Counted from the stretch's first letter, positions 1 through 9,678 are shown. The stretch: DNA of 32,000 bases from Gottschalkia acidurici 9a (GCF_000299355.1 NC_018664.1:1440380-1472379), one strand, 5' to 3'. Numbers and translations: made by a program. The notes: generated from the letters alone by a model not told the origin.

Positions 1-2
1 TA

Positions 3-728
3 ATTTCAACTAAGTCTTATTCATATTCTAAAGAGACTGCAGAAGTAAGTTTAAAAAAAGCATTAGATGGAATAGGGACAGACTATATAGATATATTTCT
101 CCTTCATGAGCAAGAAAGTGAATATACTATAAAGGGTCACTATGAAGCTATAGAATACTTTTTAAAGGCCAAAGAAAAAGGTATAATAAGAGCCTTAGGA
201 ATATCTACACATAATGTGGCAGGAGTTAATGCTATATGTAAATATGATGAATTAGACATAATCCATCCGATAATAAACAAAATAGGAATAGGAATACAAG
301 ATGGTACAGTAGAGGATATGCTAAAAGCTATCAAAGCAGCTTATGATAAAGGCAAAGGAATATATGCTATGAAACCTTTAGGTGGAGGTCATCTTATAAA
401 AGATGTTGAATCGTCATTTAACTACGTGAGAGATATACCTTTTATACATTCAATAGCAATAGGAATGCAGTCGTTAGAAGAAATAGATGGAAATGTAAGC
501 CTTATAAACAATGGATATATACCGAATGAAATAAAGAAGAAGATAGATAAAAAGCAAAGAAGACTTCAAATTGCAGATTGGTGTATAGGCTGTGGAGCTT
601 GTGTAAGCACATGTAAAAATGATGGAATAGAGATAATTGATGGTAAGGCTCAACCTATAAAAGGAAAATGTATATTCTGCGGATACTGTGCACCTAAATG
701 TCCAGAGTTTTGTATAAAGGTAATATAA
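3..728 (+). CDS. Aldo/keto reductase family protein with C-terminal 4Fe-4S ferredoxin domain (5' truncated by window)
   Basis: Open frame continues upstream of the ORF-track start to position 3 (...[18 protein letters not shown]...[10 protein letters not shown]...), with C-terminal [11 protein letters not shown] and [13 protein letters not shown] ferredoxin motifs. Confidence 0.9.
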   Translation: MSTKSYSYSKETAEVSLKKALDGIGTDYIDIFLLHEQESEYTIKGHYEAIEYFLKAKEKGIIRALGISTHNVAGVNAICKYDELDIIHPIINKIGIGIQDGTVEDMLKAIKAAYDKGKGIYAMKPLGGGHLIKDVESSFNYVRDIPFIHSIAIGMQSLEEIDGNVSLINNGYIPNEIKKKIDKKQRRLQIADWCIGCGACVSTCKNDGIEIIDGKAQPIKGKCIFCGYCAPKCPEFCIKVI

Positions 729-742
729 TTTTGGAGGAAATA

Positions 743-1156
743 ATGAAGAGGATAATGGGATTAGATGTGGGAGATAAAACTATAGGAGTTGCTGTTTCAG
801 ATCCACTTGGGATAACATCTCAGGGAGTTACTACTATTAGAAGAAAAGGTATAAAGTCAGATATAGAAGAATTAAAGAGTATAGTAGAGGAATACTGTAT
901 AGAAAAAGTAGTAATTGGGCTTCCTAAGAATATGAATAATACTATAGGACCTCAAGGTGAAAAAGTTTTAAAGTTTTCAGAAAAGTTTAAAGAAAAGTTT
1001 GAATTGGAAATAATATTACAAGATGAAAGATTAACAACTGTATCTGCTGAAAGAGTGCTTATAGATGCAGATGTAAGTAGAAAAAAAAGAAAAGATGTGA
1101 TAGATAAAGTTGCAGCAACTTATATACTGCAATCTTATTTAGACAGATCTAAATAA
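743..1156 (+). CDS. ruvX: Putative pre-16S rRNA nuclease / Holliday junction resolvase-like YqgF/RuvX
   Basis: [49 protein letters not shown] motifs; GGAGG RBS before ATG 743; followed by a DUF1292 gene as in Firmicutes. Confidence 0.93.
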   Translation: MKRIMGLDVGDKTIGVAVSDPLGITSQGVTTIRRKGIKSDIEELKSIVEEYCIEKVVIGLPKNMNNTIGPQGEKVLKFSEKFKEKFELEIILQDERLTTVSAERVLIDADVSRKKRKDVIDKVAATYILQSYLDRSK

Positions 1157-1170
1157 AGGAGCGACAAAAA

Positions 1171-1428
1171 ATGTCAGAAGAAGAAAACATAATTAAGTTA
1201 ATAGACGAAGATGGTAAAGAACAAGACTTTGAGGTTATAGCAACGTTTGATGTTGAAGATGATGAATATGCAGCGTTACTTCCACTAGGTGAAGAAGAGG
1301 AAGAAGTGTATTTATTAAAAATAGAATATGATGAAAATGGAGACGCAACTTTAAGAAATATAGAGGATGAAGAAGAATTTAGTGATGTAGCTGCAGCATA
1401 TGAGGCTATAGTAGATGAAATAATATAG
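1171..1428 (+). CDS. DUF1292 family protein (YrzB-like)
   Basis: Small acidic protein (LIDEDGKEQDFEVIATFDVEDDEYAALLPL...) in the conserved position after ruvX. Confidence 0.88.
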   Translation: MSEEENIIKLIDEDGKEQDFEVIATFDVEDDEYAALLPLGEEEEEVYLLKIEYDENGDATLRNIEDEEEFSDVAAAYEAIVDEII

Positions 1429-1491
1429 TTTTAAAATTATTGACTTTTACACTTTATAATTATAGACTATAAGTATAGAGCAGGTGGGAAA

Positions 1492-1938
1492 ATGGAGAAA
1501 ATTTCAGATGATTTAAAAATTAAATTAAAAGAAAAAGGATATAAACTGACTACACAAAGAAAGGCTATAATAGACGTCTTTTTAAAAAATCAAAGTAGTC
1601 ATCTAAGTCCTGAGGAAATATATGATAATGTTAGGAATAGCTATCCTGAAATAGGGTTAGCTACAGTGTATAGAACATTACAACTATTAGAACAATTAAA
1701 TATAGTTTACAAAGTTAACTTTGATGATGGATGTAGCAGATATGAACTGAATCTTGATACTGACGATCACCAACATCATCATCTTATATGTATTAAATGT
1801 GGTAAGGTAAAAGAAGTTAAGCTAGACTTATTAGAGAATCTAGAGTCAGAAATAGAGAAAGAGGGAGATTTTAAAGTAGTTAATCACAATGTTAAATTTT
1901 TCGGATACTGTAAAAATTGTGAAGACGAGTCCTATTAA
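1492..1938 (+). CDS. Fur family transcriptional regulator
   Basis: KGYKLTTQRKAIIDVFL, LSPEEIYDNVR, GLATVYRTLQLL, HHHLICIKCGKV...CKNC: Fur winged helix and metal-binding motifs. Confidence 0.93.
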   Translation: MEKISDDLKIKLKEKGYKLTTQRKAIIDVFLKNQSSHLSPEEIYDNVRNSYPEIGLATVYRTLQLLEQLNIVYKVNFDDGCSRYELNLDTDDHQHHHLICIKCGKVKEVKLDLLENLESEIEKEGDFKVVNHNVKFFGYCKNCEDESY

Positions 1939-1969
1939 AAATAAATCCCATTATGGGATTTATTTTTTT
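1937..1969 (+). terminator. Intrinsic terminator after fur-family gene
   Basis: AATAAATCCC-ATTAT-GGGATTTATT followed by a T run. Confidence 0.85.
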
Positions 1970-2103
1970 ATTATATAAATGTTATACAAAATTACTTTCT
2001 TGGGTAAATTAAATCTATAAAGTAAAAATATCTAAAGGTTTGAACGTGTTTGGAAAAATTGCAAAAATAAAAACGGTAAAAATACAAAAGGGAGTGTGAT
2101 AAG

Positions 2104-3765
2104 ATGTCTAAGAAATCACCAAAATTAAGAATAATTCCTCTGGGAGGTCTGTATGAGGTAGGTAAAAATATAACGGTAATAGAATATAATGATGAAATAA
2201 TAGTTATAGACTGTGGACTGACGTTTCCGGAAGAAGAAATGTTAGGTATAGATGTGGTTATACCAGATATAACATATCTTCTAAAGAATAGGGAAAAAAT
2301 AAAAGGAATAGTATTAACTCATGGGCATGAAGACCATATAGGCGCGTTACCATATGTTCTTAAAAGAATAAATGTTCCTGTATATGGAACAAAATTAACT
2401 CTAGGATTACTAGAGAATAAATTAAAAGAACATAATATTCAGAATGCAAAGCTTCATATTATAAAAGCATCACAATCTATGGAAATAGGACAATTTGGAT
2501 TAGAATTTATAAGAACTAGTCATAGTATACCAGACACAGTAGCAATAGCAATTCACACACCTGTAGGAACTATAGTTCATACAGGAGACTTCAAAATAGA
2601 TTTTACTCCAATAAATGGAGAAGTAATGGACTTTTATAAATTTGCTGAACTAGGAAGTAAAGGGGTATTGCTACTTTTAGCAGATAGTACTAATGTAGAA
2701 AGAGCAGGATACACTATGTCTGAAAAGACAGTTGGGGATACTTTTAAAGATATATTCATGACAGCTAAGCAAAGAATAATAGTGGCTACTTTTGCATCAA
2801 ATATACACAGGGTTCAACAAATAATAAATGCAGCAGTAATTTTCGATAGAAAAGTAGCTGTATCAGGTAGAAGTATGGTAAATGTAGTAAATGTAGCTAC
2901 TGAATTAGGATATTTAAATGTACCAGAGGGAACTCTTATAGAATTAAATGATATAGGAAAATATCCAGATGATAAAGTGGTAGTTATTACTACTGGAAGT
3001 CAGGGAGAGCCAATGTCTGCATTAGCTAGGATAGCTTCTTCAGATCATAAAAAGATGGATTTGAGACCGGGAGATTTGGTTATAATATCAGCTAGCCCTA
3101 TACCTGGAAATGAAAAAACTATATCTAAAGTTATAAATAAGTTATTTAAAAAAGGTGCAAATGTAATATATGAAGCACTAGCAGATGTCCATGTATCTGG
3201 TCATGCTTGCCAAGAGGAACTTAAATTAATTCATAGCTTATTAAAACCTAAATACTTTATACCTGTTCATGGAGAGTACAGACACTTAGAGCAACATGCT
3301 AAGCTAGCAGAGGATCTTGGTATGCCTAGAGAAAATATTTTCTTGGCTGAAAACGGTTCTGTTTTAGAATTTACAGAAGAGAGTGGAAATATAGTAGGAA
3401 GTGTACCATCAGGAAATATTTTAGTAGATGGCTTAGGTGTAGGAGATGTAGGTAATATAGTACTTAGAGATAGAAAACACTTGTCAGAAGATGGTTTAAT
3501 AGTTATTGTTGTAACGATTAGTAAAGAAGACGGTAGTGTCATTGCAGGTCCAGATATAGTTTCAAGAGGATTCGTATATGTTAGAGAGTCAGAAGATTTA
3601 ATGGAAGAAGCCAAAAGGGTAGTAAGAAATGTGTTAATGGAATGTGAGAAAAATCATATAACTGATTGGGCTACTTTGAAGTCTAGCATAAGAGATGCAT
3701 TAAGAAGTTTCCTTTGTGAAAATAAAAGAAATCCTATGATATTACCTATAATCATGGAAATATAA
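2104..3765 (+). CDS. rnj: Ribonuclease J (metallo-beta-lactamase/beta-CASP)
   Basis: LGGLYEVGKN, LTHGHEDHIGALPYV, HTGDFKIDFTP, HVSGHACQEE, IPVHGEYRHL motifs; full length 553 aa. Confidence 0.95.
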   Translation: MSKKSPKLRIIPLGGLYEVGKNITVIEYNDEIIVIDCGLTFPEEEMLGIDVVIPDITYLLKNREKIKGIVLTHGHEDHIGALPYVLKRINVPVYGTKLTLGLLENKLKEHNIQNAKLHIIKASQSMEIGQFGLEFIRTSHSIPDTVAIAIHTPVGTIVHTGDFKIDFTPINGEVMDFYKFAELGSKGVLLLLADSTNVERAGYTMSEKTVGDTFKDIFMTAKQRIIVATFASNIHRVQQIINAAVIFDRKVAVSGRSMVNVVNVATELGYLNVPEGTLIELNDIGKYPDDKVVVITTGSQGEPMSALARIASSDHKKMDLRPGDLVIISASPIPGNEKTISKVINKLFKKGANVIYEALADVHVSGHACQEELKLIHSLLKPKYFIPVHGEYRHLEQHAKLAEDLGMPRENIFLAENGSVLEFTEESGNIVGSVPSGNILVDGLGVGDVGNIVLRDRKHLSEDGLIVIVVTISKEDGSVIAGPDIVSRGFVYVRESEDLMEEAKRVVRNVLMECEKNHITDWATLKSSIRDALRSFLCENKRNPMILPIIMEI

Positions 3766-3768
3766 AAA

Positions 3769-3790
3769 AGTCGTAGTTAAACTACGACTT
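3769..3790 (+). terminator. Intrinsic terminator after rnj
   Basis: AAGTCGTAGT-TA-AACTACGACTT hairpin followed by CTTTATTT. Confidence 0.8.
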
Positions 3791-3839
3791 CTTTATTTGA
3801 TAAAGAGGATATTAAGTGTTACTTAAGGAGTGTGATCGT

Positions 3840-4316
3840 ATGAATACTAAATACTTAACTAAGGCCAGTATTATAGCCGCTATTTATGTAGTTTTGGTTC
3901 TAGTTGAGATTCCACTTGGGCCAATAACATATGGTCCTATACAAATAAGAATATCTGAAGGGCTTGCCTTACTTCCCCTAGTAGAAGCAGCAGCTATACC
4001 TGGTGTTTTTATAGGATGTTTAATGGCAAATTTAATATTAGCATTTTTATCAGGATTTGGATTAGTAGATGTACTAGGTGGAAGCTTAGTTACACTCTTA
4101 GCTGCCTATATGACTAGTAAAATGCCAAACAAAATATTAGGAGTTTTACCGCCAGTAATATTAAATGGGCTTATAGTTTCTATATGGGTATCAAACTTTA
4201 TGGGTGTTCCTTATATTGTTACAGTTGGTACTATAGGACTGGGAGAGCTTATAGCTGTATCTGTATTTGGTAATATAACTTTATATATTTACAATAGGAT
4301 TAGAAAGCACATTTAG
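3840..4316 (+). CDS. QueT-family (ECF substrate-binding) transporter
   Basis: MNTKYLTKASIIAAIYVVLVLVEIPLGPITYGPIQIRISEGLALLPL is typical of QueT family; multiple TM helices; ATG 3840 preceded by AAGGAGTG. Confidence 0.8.
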   Translation: MNTKYLTKASIIAAIYVVLVLVEIPLGPITYGPIQIRISEGLALLPLVEAAAIPGVFIGCLMANLILAFLSGFGLVDVLGGSLVTLLAAYMTSKMPNKILGVLPPVILNGLIVSIWVSNFMGVPYIVTVGTIGLGELIAVSVFGNITLYIYNRIRKHI

Positions 4317-4424
4317 CTAAATTTAAATGTTGAAAGTTGTAATTGGTTAAATTAAACCTTGTAAATAAATGATTTAAATTGTATAATTTAAGAAAATGAA
4401 GAAACTTAAGAGGAGAAAACTCAT

Positions 4425-5483
4425 ATGGAAAAATCTTTTCTTATAGAAGAAAAAAGAAGAAAAAAAAGAAAAACATTTATTAAATTTCTAGTACTAATAG
4501 TAGTTTTAGTAGGAGCACTTATATTTATTAAAGGTTATATTGAAAGTGCTAAGGGATCAGTAGCTAAAGGTAGTATAATAGAAAAATCTATAGAAATTCC
4601 AAGTGGTAGCTCTACAAATGATATTGCTAGAATTTTAAAGCAAAATAAGCTCATAAAAAATGAAAGTATATTTAAGTTATATTCTAAGTTAGAAAAAAAA
4701 GATGGAAAATATAAAGCAGGTATATACACATTAAATAATGGAATGAGTCAAGAACAAATAATGAATAAGCTTATAGAAGGTGGAGCTTTAAGCAATGCTG
4801 TCCAATTTACCATACCAGAAGGTTTTGAATTAGAACAAATAGCTGATAGATTAAGTAATGCTGGAATAGTAGATAAAGGCAAATTTATGGATTTGGCATC
4901 AAATGCTTCTGGATTCGAGAATGAATATGACTTTTTAAAAGGGTTACCAGAAGGATCTTCTTTAGAAGGGTACCTTTATCCAAATACTTATGAAGTATAT
5001 AAAGATGCTACTGAGGAAGAAATTATAAAAAAATAGCTAGATAATTTTAATATGATTTATACGAAAGAAATACAAGAAAAAGGCGAAAAACTAGGACTTA
5101 ATACTAATCAGATTATAACTCTTGCATCTATTATAGAGAGAGAAGCTATGGTTGAAGATGAAAGAGCTATAATGTCAGGAGTATTTCACAATAGATTAAA
5201 AATAGACATGCCTTTACAATCTTGTGCAACAGTTCAATATGTATTAGGAGAAAGAAAACCAGTACTCAGTAATGCAGACGTAGAAATAGACTCTAGCTAT
5301 AACACATATAAGAATAAAGGTCTACCACCAGCACCAATAGCATCACCTGGAATTAAATCTATAGAAGCAGCGGTAAATCCTAAAGATGTTGATTATCTTT
5401 TCTTTGTTAGAACTGGTAAAGATGGATCACATACGTTTTCTAAAACTTATGAAGAGCATTTAAAAGCTAGAAGTGAGAATTAG
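4425..5483 (+). pseudogene. mltG: Endolytic transglycosylase MltG, interrupted by an in-frame TAG at 5034-5036
   Basis: N-terminal part 4425..5036 (LysM-like, FTIPEGFELEQIADRL, YPNTYEVY) and C-terminal part 5052..5483 (ASIIEREAM, GVFHNRL, MPLQSCATVQYVLG, PPAPIASPG) are in the same frame, separated by a single amber codon. Confidence 0.88.
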
Positions 5484-5506
5484 ACTCAGATAAGAATAAA
5501 GTACCG

Positions 5507-5554
5507 TCAATAAATAATACGTGGGAAGCTACCACGTATTATTTATTGATTTTT
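5507..5554 (+). terminator. Strong intrinsic terminator after mltG
   Basis: Perfect 18-bp stem TCAATAAATAATACGTGG / CCACGTATTATTTATTGA followed by TTTTT. Confidence 0.9.
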
Positions 5555-5573
5555 AAAATAAGGAGAGATAGGT

Positions 5574-6224
5574 TTGGGTAATATAAATAGAAAATATATA
5601 GAAGACTATATAAGAAGTTTAATACCTAATAAGAAAGATTTTATATCGGAAATAGGACAATATGCGCTTGAGAACAATGTGCCGATAGTTCATCCAGAAG
5701 TTGCTCAACTTCTGAAGGTGTTGGTTAGAATGAATAAACCTAAGAGAATATTAGAAGTAGGGACAGCAATAGGATACTCAGCGTTAGTAATGGCTAAATG
5801 CATGAATGATGGAGAAATAGTTACAATAGAGCGTAACGATGATATGATAAAGATTGCAGAAGATAATATACAGAAAAATGGATTTAAAGATAGAATTAAA
5901 ATTATAAAAGGTGATGCCGAAGATGTTTTAAAGAATATAGATGGTAAGTTTGACTTTATATTTTTAGATGCATCAAAAGGACATTATAAAGATTTCTTTT
6001 TTTACTTTATAGATAAATTGACTGAAGGTGGAGTAGTAGTATCAGACAATATATTGTTTAAAGGAATGGTAGCAACAGATGAACTAGTAATTAGAAGAAA
6101 AAAAACTATAGTTAAAAGAATGAGAGATTACTTAGAATTCATATCTAATAATGAAAGTCTTGAAACAAGTATAATACCAATAGGAGACGGAGTAGCCATT
6201 AGTTATAAGAAGGAGGATGCTTAA
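5574..6224 (+). CDS. trmR: SAM-dependent O-methyltransferase, probable tRNA 5-hydroxyuridine methyltransferase (TrmR-like)
   Basis: VLEVGTAIGYSALVMA, TIERNDDMIKIAEDN, FDFIFLDASKGHY motifs; TTG start with RBS; sits directly before a U32 peptidase as in B. subtilis yrrM-yrrN-yrrO. Confidence 0.82.
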   Translation: MGNINRKYIEDYIRSLIPNKKDFISEIGQYALENNVPIVHPEVAQLLKVLVRMNKPKRILEVGTAIGYSALVMAKCMNDGEIVTIERNDDMIKIAEDNIQKNGFKDRIKIIKGDAEDVLKNIDGKFDFIFLDASKGHYKDFFFYFIDKLTEGGVVVSDNILFKGMVATDELVIRRKKTIVKRMRDYLEFISNNESLETSIIPIGDGVAISYKKEDA

Positions 6225-7452
6225 TGAAAAACCAGAACTTTTAGCACCAGCAGGAGATTTAGAAAAACTAAAATTTGCAATAGCTTATGGAGCAGATGCA
6301 GTATATTTAGGTGGTTCAAAATTTGGACTTAGAGCTTCAGCTAAAAACTTTACAATAGAAGAAATGGAGCAGGGTGTTCTATATGCACATGAAAGAGGAA
6401 AAAAAGTATATGTTACTTTAAATATGATACCTCACAATGAAGATCTAATAGGAATGTCAGAGTATGTTAAAGAATTAGAAAGAATAGGTGTAGATGCAGT
6501 ATTAGTGGCAGATCCTGGTGTACTAGAAATAGTGAAAGAGAGTGCACCTAAATTAGAAATACATTTAAGTACTCAAGCTAACACTACAAACTATGTAGCT
6601 GCAAACTTTTGGTATAAGCAAGGAATAAAAAGGGTAGTAGTTGCTAGAGAGCAGTCATTAGAAGAAATAAAAGAACTTAGAGATAAAGGAAATAAAGAAT
6701 TAGAAATAGAAGCTTTTGTTCATGGAGCTATGTGTATATCTTATTCGGGAAGATGTCTGTTAAGTAACTATATGACTCATAGAGATGCAAATAGAGGAGA
6801 ATGCGCACAGTCATGTAGATGGAGATACTACCTTGTAGAGGAAAAAAGACCTGGCGAATATTTTCCAATAACAGAAGATGAAAAAGGAACATATATATAT
6901 AATTCTAAGGATCTATGTATGTTAAATCACATACCTGAGCTTATAGAAGCTGGAATAGATAGCCTTAAAATAGAAGGAAGAATGAAGAGTCCATACTATG
7001 TAGCTACGGTAATTAGAGCATATAGAATGGTTATAGATGAATATCTTAAGGATCCTCAAAACTATAAGATGGATAATAAGTGGTTAGAAGAAATAAAAAA
7101 AGCTAGCTATAGGGACTTTACAACAGGATTTTACTTTGAAAAGCCAGATCAAAATGAGCAGTTATATGATACTAATTCATATATAAGAGGATATGACTTT
7201 GTGGGATTGGTATTGAACTACGATGAAAAGAACAAGATAGCTACTGTAGAACAAAGAAATAGGATATTTGTAGGAGATGAAATAGAAATATTTGGACCTA
7301 ACAAAGAATATTTTACTCAGAAAATAGAAAAAATGTGGAATGATAAAGAGGAAGAAATCGATGTAGCTCCTCGTGCACAACAAAAGATAAAAATAAAAGT
7401 AGATCATCCAGTTGAAAAAATGGATATATTAAGAAAAGAATTAAATATATAA
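6217..7452 (+). CDS. U32 family peptidase (probable tRNA hydroxylation protein TrhP-like)
   Basis: PELLAPAGDLEKLKFAIAYGADAVYLGG, HGAMCISYSGRCLLSNYMTHRDANRGECAQSCRW, DLCMLNHIPELIEAGIDSLKIEGRMKSPYYVA motifs. Confidence 0.92.
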   Translation: MLNEKPELLAPAGDLEKLKFAIAYGADAVYLGGSKFGLRASAKNFTIEEMEQGVLYAHERGKKVYVTLNMIPHNEDLIGMSEYVKELERIGVDAVLVADPGVLEIVKESAPKLEIHLSTQANTTNYVAANFWYKQGIKRVVVAREQSLEEIKELRDKGNKELEIEAFVHGAMCISYSGRCLLSNYMTHRDANRGECAQSCRWRYYLVEEKRPGEYFPITEDEKGTYIYNSKDLCMLNHIPELIEAGIDSLKIEGRMKSPYYVATVIRAYRMVIDEYLKDPQNYKMDNKWLEEIKKASYRDFTTGFYFEKPDQNEQLYDTNSYIRGYDFVGLVLNYDEKNKIATVEQRNRIFVGDEIEIFGPNKEYFTQKIEKMWNDKEEEIDVAPRAQQKIKIKVDHPVEKMDILRKELNI

Positions 7453-7515
7453 ATAAGAATACCCCTACTGAAAGTTGGAAATAATTTTAATAAAGACTTT
7501 AGTGGGGGTATTCTT

Positions 7516-9192
7516 ATGGGAAAATATGAAAAAGATAATACATATAAAAGAGCTAAAATAATTGCATCGTTTATGGTAAGTATATTTCTATCGTTAATGG
7601 TAAGACTTTATTTTATTCAAATGGTAAAAGGCGAAAAATATCAAGAATTAGCAATGAATCAACAAATATTTAATATTGAGAGTTCTCTATCAAGAGGAAT
7701 AATATTTGATAGGAATGGAAAAAAGTTTACAAATCAAGATGAAGAAAAAGTCTTATATATTTTTAAAAAGAATATAAAAGATAATAAAAAAAATATTGAA
7801 GAATTGAAAAAAGCACTAAAATATAGTAATAAAGAAATTGAGAAATTACTAAATAGTTCTGATTCAGTTATAGAAATTTCTCTAGATAATAAGGATGTTA
7901 ATTTAGATAAATTATCTAACATAAAGGATGTTGTCATAGTTGATAAACAGAAAAGAAATAATGATAAAAACATTTTAGCACATGTTATAGGTTATATTAA
8001 TGAAAAGGACAATATAGGATTAAGTGGAATTGAAAAAGCATTTGATAAAGAGCCATTGAAGGCTAATATAAACCATGGCAAAACTCCTATATTTGTAGAT
8101 GCTAAACAAAGAGTAATTCCTGGTGTAAGTGCAGATATAGGTAGAGGAGAGGTAACTGGAATAGCTAATAGTTTAAAATTAACTATAGATTACGATATAC
8201 AAGAAAAAACAGAAGAGATACTAGATAAAAGTAGAAAAAAAGGGGCTGTAGTTGTATCTGAGGTTGATAGTGGAGATATAATAGCGATGGCAAGTAGACC
8301 TAATGTGGACTTAACAAATATAAAAGAAGAGTTAAATAAACATGATCAAAGATTTTTTAATAAATCATTAGAATTGTCATATCCACCAGGATCTATATTT
8401 AAAGTACCAGTACTATTAGCAGCACTTGAAAAAGATGAAGTATCATTAGAGGATAAAATTTTTTGCAAAGGCTATGAAGAAGTAGAGAATACAATTATTA
8501 ATTGCAATAAAAAGGGAGGACATGGAGAGATTACTGTATTTGAAGGACTTTATAATTCATGCAACTCTACATTTATCCAAATAGGCAAAAAGATAGGAGC
8601 AGAAGAGATAGTGAAAACTGCTAAGGTTTTAGGATTTGGAGAAAAGATAAATATAGGTTTAGAAGATGAAAGTAAAGGAAATCTTCCAAAAGGGAAGGAC
8701 TTAGTAGGTCCCGCAATAGGTAACATATCTATAGGTCAGGGTAATATTGAAGTTACGCCATTACAAGTGACTAATATGATGATGATTGTCGCTAATGGTG
8801 GAGTAAAGAAAGATATGTCTATAGTAGATAGTTATGTTACGGCACAAGGTGCACATGGGAAAAAAATAAGAAGAGAGAGTGATCAAAGAGTTTTATCAGA
8901 GGATTTGGTTAATATGGTAAAAAAGGGATTAGACGAGGTAGTTCAAAGAGGAACAGCTAGTAATATAGAAATGAGAAGTATAGGTGGGGGTGGAGGAAAA
9001 ACAGGTTCGGCTCAGGCTGTACTAAATGGAAAAGAAACCGTACATGCATGGTTTACTGGGTACTTTCCCAAGGATAAGCCCAAATATGTAATAACTGTAT
9101 TCATAGAGAGCGGCGACTCAGGTAGTACACAGGCTGCACCTGTTTTTGAAAAGGTTGCAAAAGAAATATATAAGATTGAGAATAAAAAATAG
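7516..9192 (+). CDS. Penicillin-binding protein, class B (PBP2/SpoVD/FtsI-like) transpeptidase
   Basis: Catalytic YPPGSIFKVP (SxxK), YNSCNSTF (SxN), KTGSAQ; N-terminal TM then SRGIIFDRNGK. Confidence 0.92.
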   Translation: MGKYEKDNTYKRAKIIASFMVSIFLSLMVRLYFIQMVKGEKYQELAMNQQIFNIESSLSRGIIFDRNGKKFTNQDEEKVLYIFKKNIKDNKKNIEELKKALKYSNKEIEKLLNSSDSVIEISLDNKDVNLDKLSNIKDVVIVDKQKRNNDKNILAHVIGYINEKDNIGLSGIEKAFDKEPLKANINHGKTPIFVDAKQRVIPGVSADIGRGEVTGIANSLKLTIDYDIQEKTEEILDKSRKKGAVVVSEVDSGDIIAMASRPNVDLTNIKEELNKHDQRFFNKSLELSYPPGSIFKVPVLLAALEKDEVSLEDKIFCKGYEEVENTIINCNKKGGHGEITVFEGLYNSCNSTFIQIGKKIGAEEIVKTAKVLGFGEKINIGLEDESKGNLPKGKDLVGPAIGNISIGQGNIEVTPLQVTNMMMIVANGGVKKDMSIVDSYVTAQGAHGKKIRRESDQRVLSEDLVNMVKKGLDEVVQRGTASNIEMRSIGGGGGKTGSAQAVLNGKETVHAWFTGYFPKDKPKYVITVFIESGDSGSTQAAPVFEKVAKEIYKIENKK

Positions 9193-9225
9193 AAAATTGT
9201 ACTTGCACAAAAGTTAAGTAAGTCT

Positions 9226-9233
9226 CATATAAT
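9226..9233 (+). promoter_or_regulatory. Possible -10 element (CATATAAT) of the sigK promoter; sigma class ambiguous
   Basis: CATATAAT about 50 nt upstream of the likely ATG at 9278, with TTGCAC at 9203-9208; resembles mother-cell -10 (CATAnnnT) but the -35 is not a clean match. Confidence 0.3.
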
Positions 9234-9277
9234 CTTATATATAACTTTTTCTCATAATTCTGGAGGTGCAAGACTTA

Positions 9278-9664
9278 ATGATAACTTCATTAATATCAAA
9301 TTTAACTTTTTTAATAGAACCTATTTTGTTACTAGTAGGATATGTTTCTAATAATAATTCTTTTCCGAAACCTTTATCGCAAGAGGAAGAAAGTCATTAT
9401 CTTATTCTATATGAGCAAGGTGATGAGAATGCTAAAAATATATTAATAGAGAGAAATCTTAGACTAGTAGCACATATAGTTAAAAAATATAATAATACAG
9501 GAAGAGAAACAGACGATCTTATTTCAATAGGAACAATAGGGCTTATTAAAGCTATAAATACATTTGACAGGAATAAAAAAGTAAGATTGGCTACATATGC
9601 AGCTAGATGTATTGATAATCCAATCATTACTTTTCGGAACGAATTTGCCATAGCACAAAAATAA
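9278..9664 (+). CDS. sigK: RNA polymerase sigma-K factor, N-terminal half (interrupted by skin-type element)
   Basis: MITSLISNLTFLIEPILLLVGYVSNNNSFPKPLSQEEE...NLRLVAHIVKKY...DLISIGTIGLIKAI...ATYAARCIDN, then 14 foreign residues (PIITFRNEFAIAQK) and a stop. GGAGGT at 9262-9267 favours ATG 9278 over the GTG at 9266. Confidence 0.95.
   Translation: MITSLISNLTFLIEPILLLVGYVSNNNSFPKPLSQEEESHYLILYEQGDENAKNILIERNLRLVAHIVKKYNNTGRETDDLISIGTIGLIKAINTFDRNKKVRLATYAARCIDNPIITFRNEFAIAQK
9609..9619 (+). repeat. attL core direct repeat GTATTGATAAT
   Basis: Identical to 21167..21177; located exactly where homology to SigK stops. Confidence 0.95.
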
Positions 9665-9678
9665 GCCCAGCCTTTCCA

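Noticed and set aside
140-334. Minus-strand 64-aa ORF
   Set aside because: Antisense to the clearly coding aldo/keto reductase frame; no RBS or family.
3267-3614. Minus-strand 115-aa ORF
   Set aside because: Antisense to RNase J; Ser/Pro-rich composition typical of a shadow ORF.
3791-3840. preQ1 riboswitch upstream of QueT-like gene
   Set aside because: The ~50 nt between the rnj terminator and the start codon lack a recognisable preQ1 aptamer pattern.
4535-4729. Minus-strand ORF in mltG (and similarly 7177..7407, 7734..7973, 9397..9651, 23544..23783, 23784..24014, 26515..26700, 28080..28262, 29815..30087, 30394..30870, 30824..31177, 31250..31540, 31530..31718)
   Set aside because: All antisense to well-supported genes with strong family matches; judged spurious.
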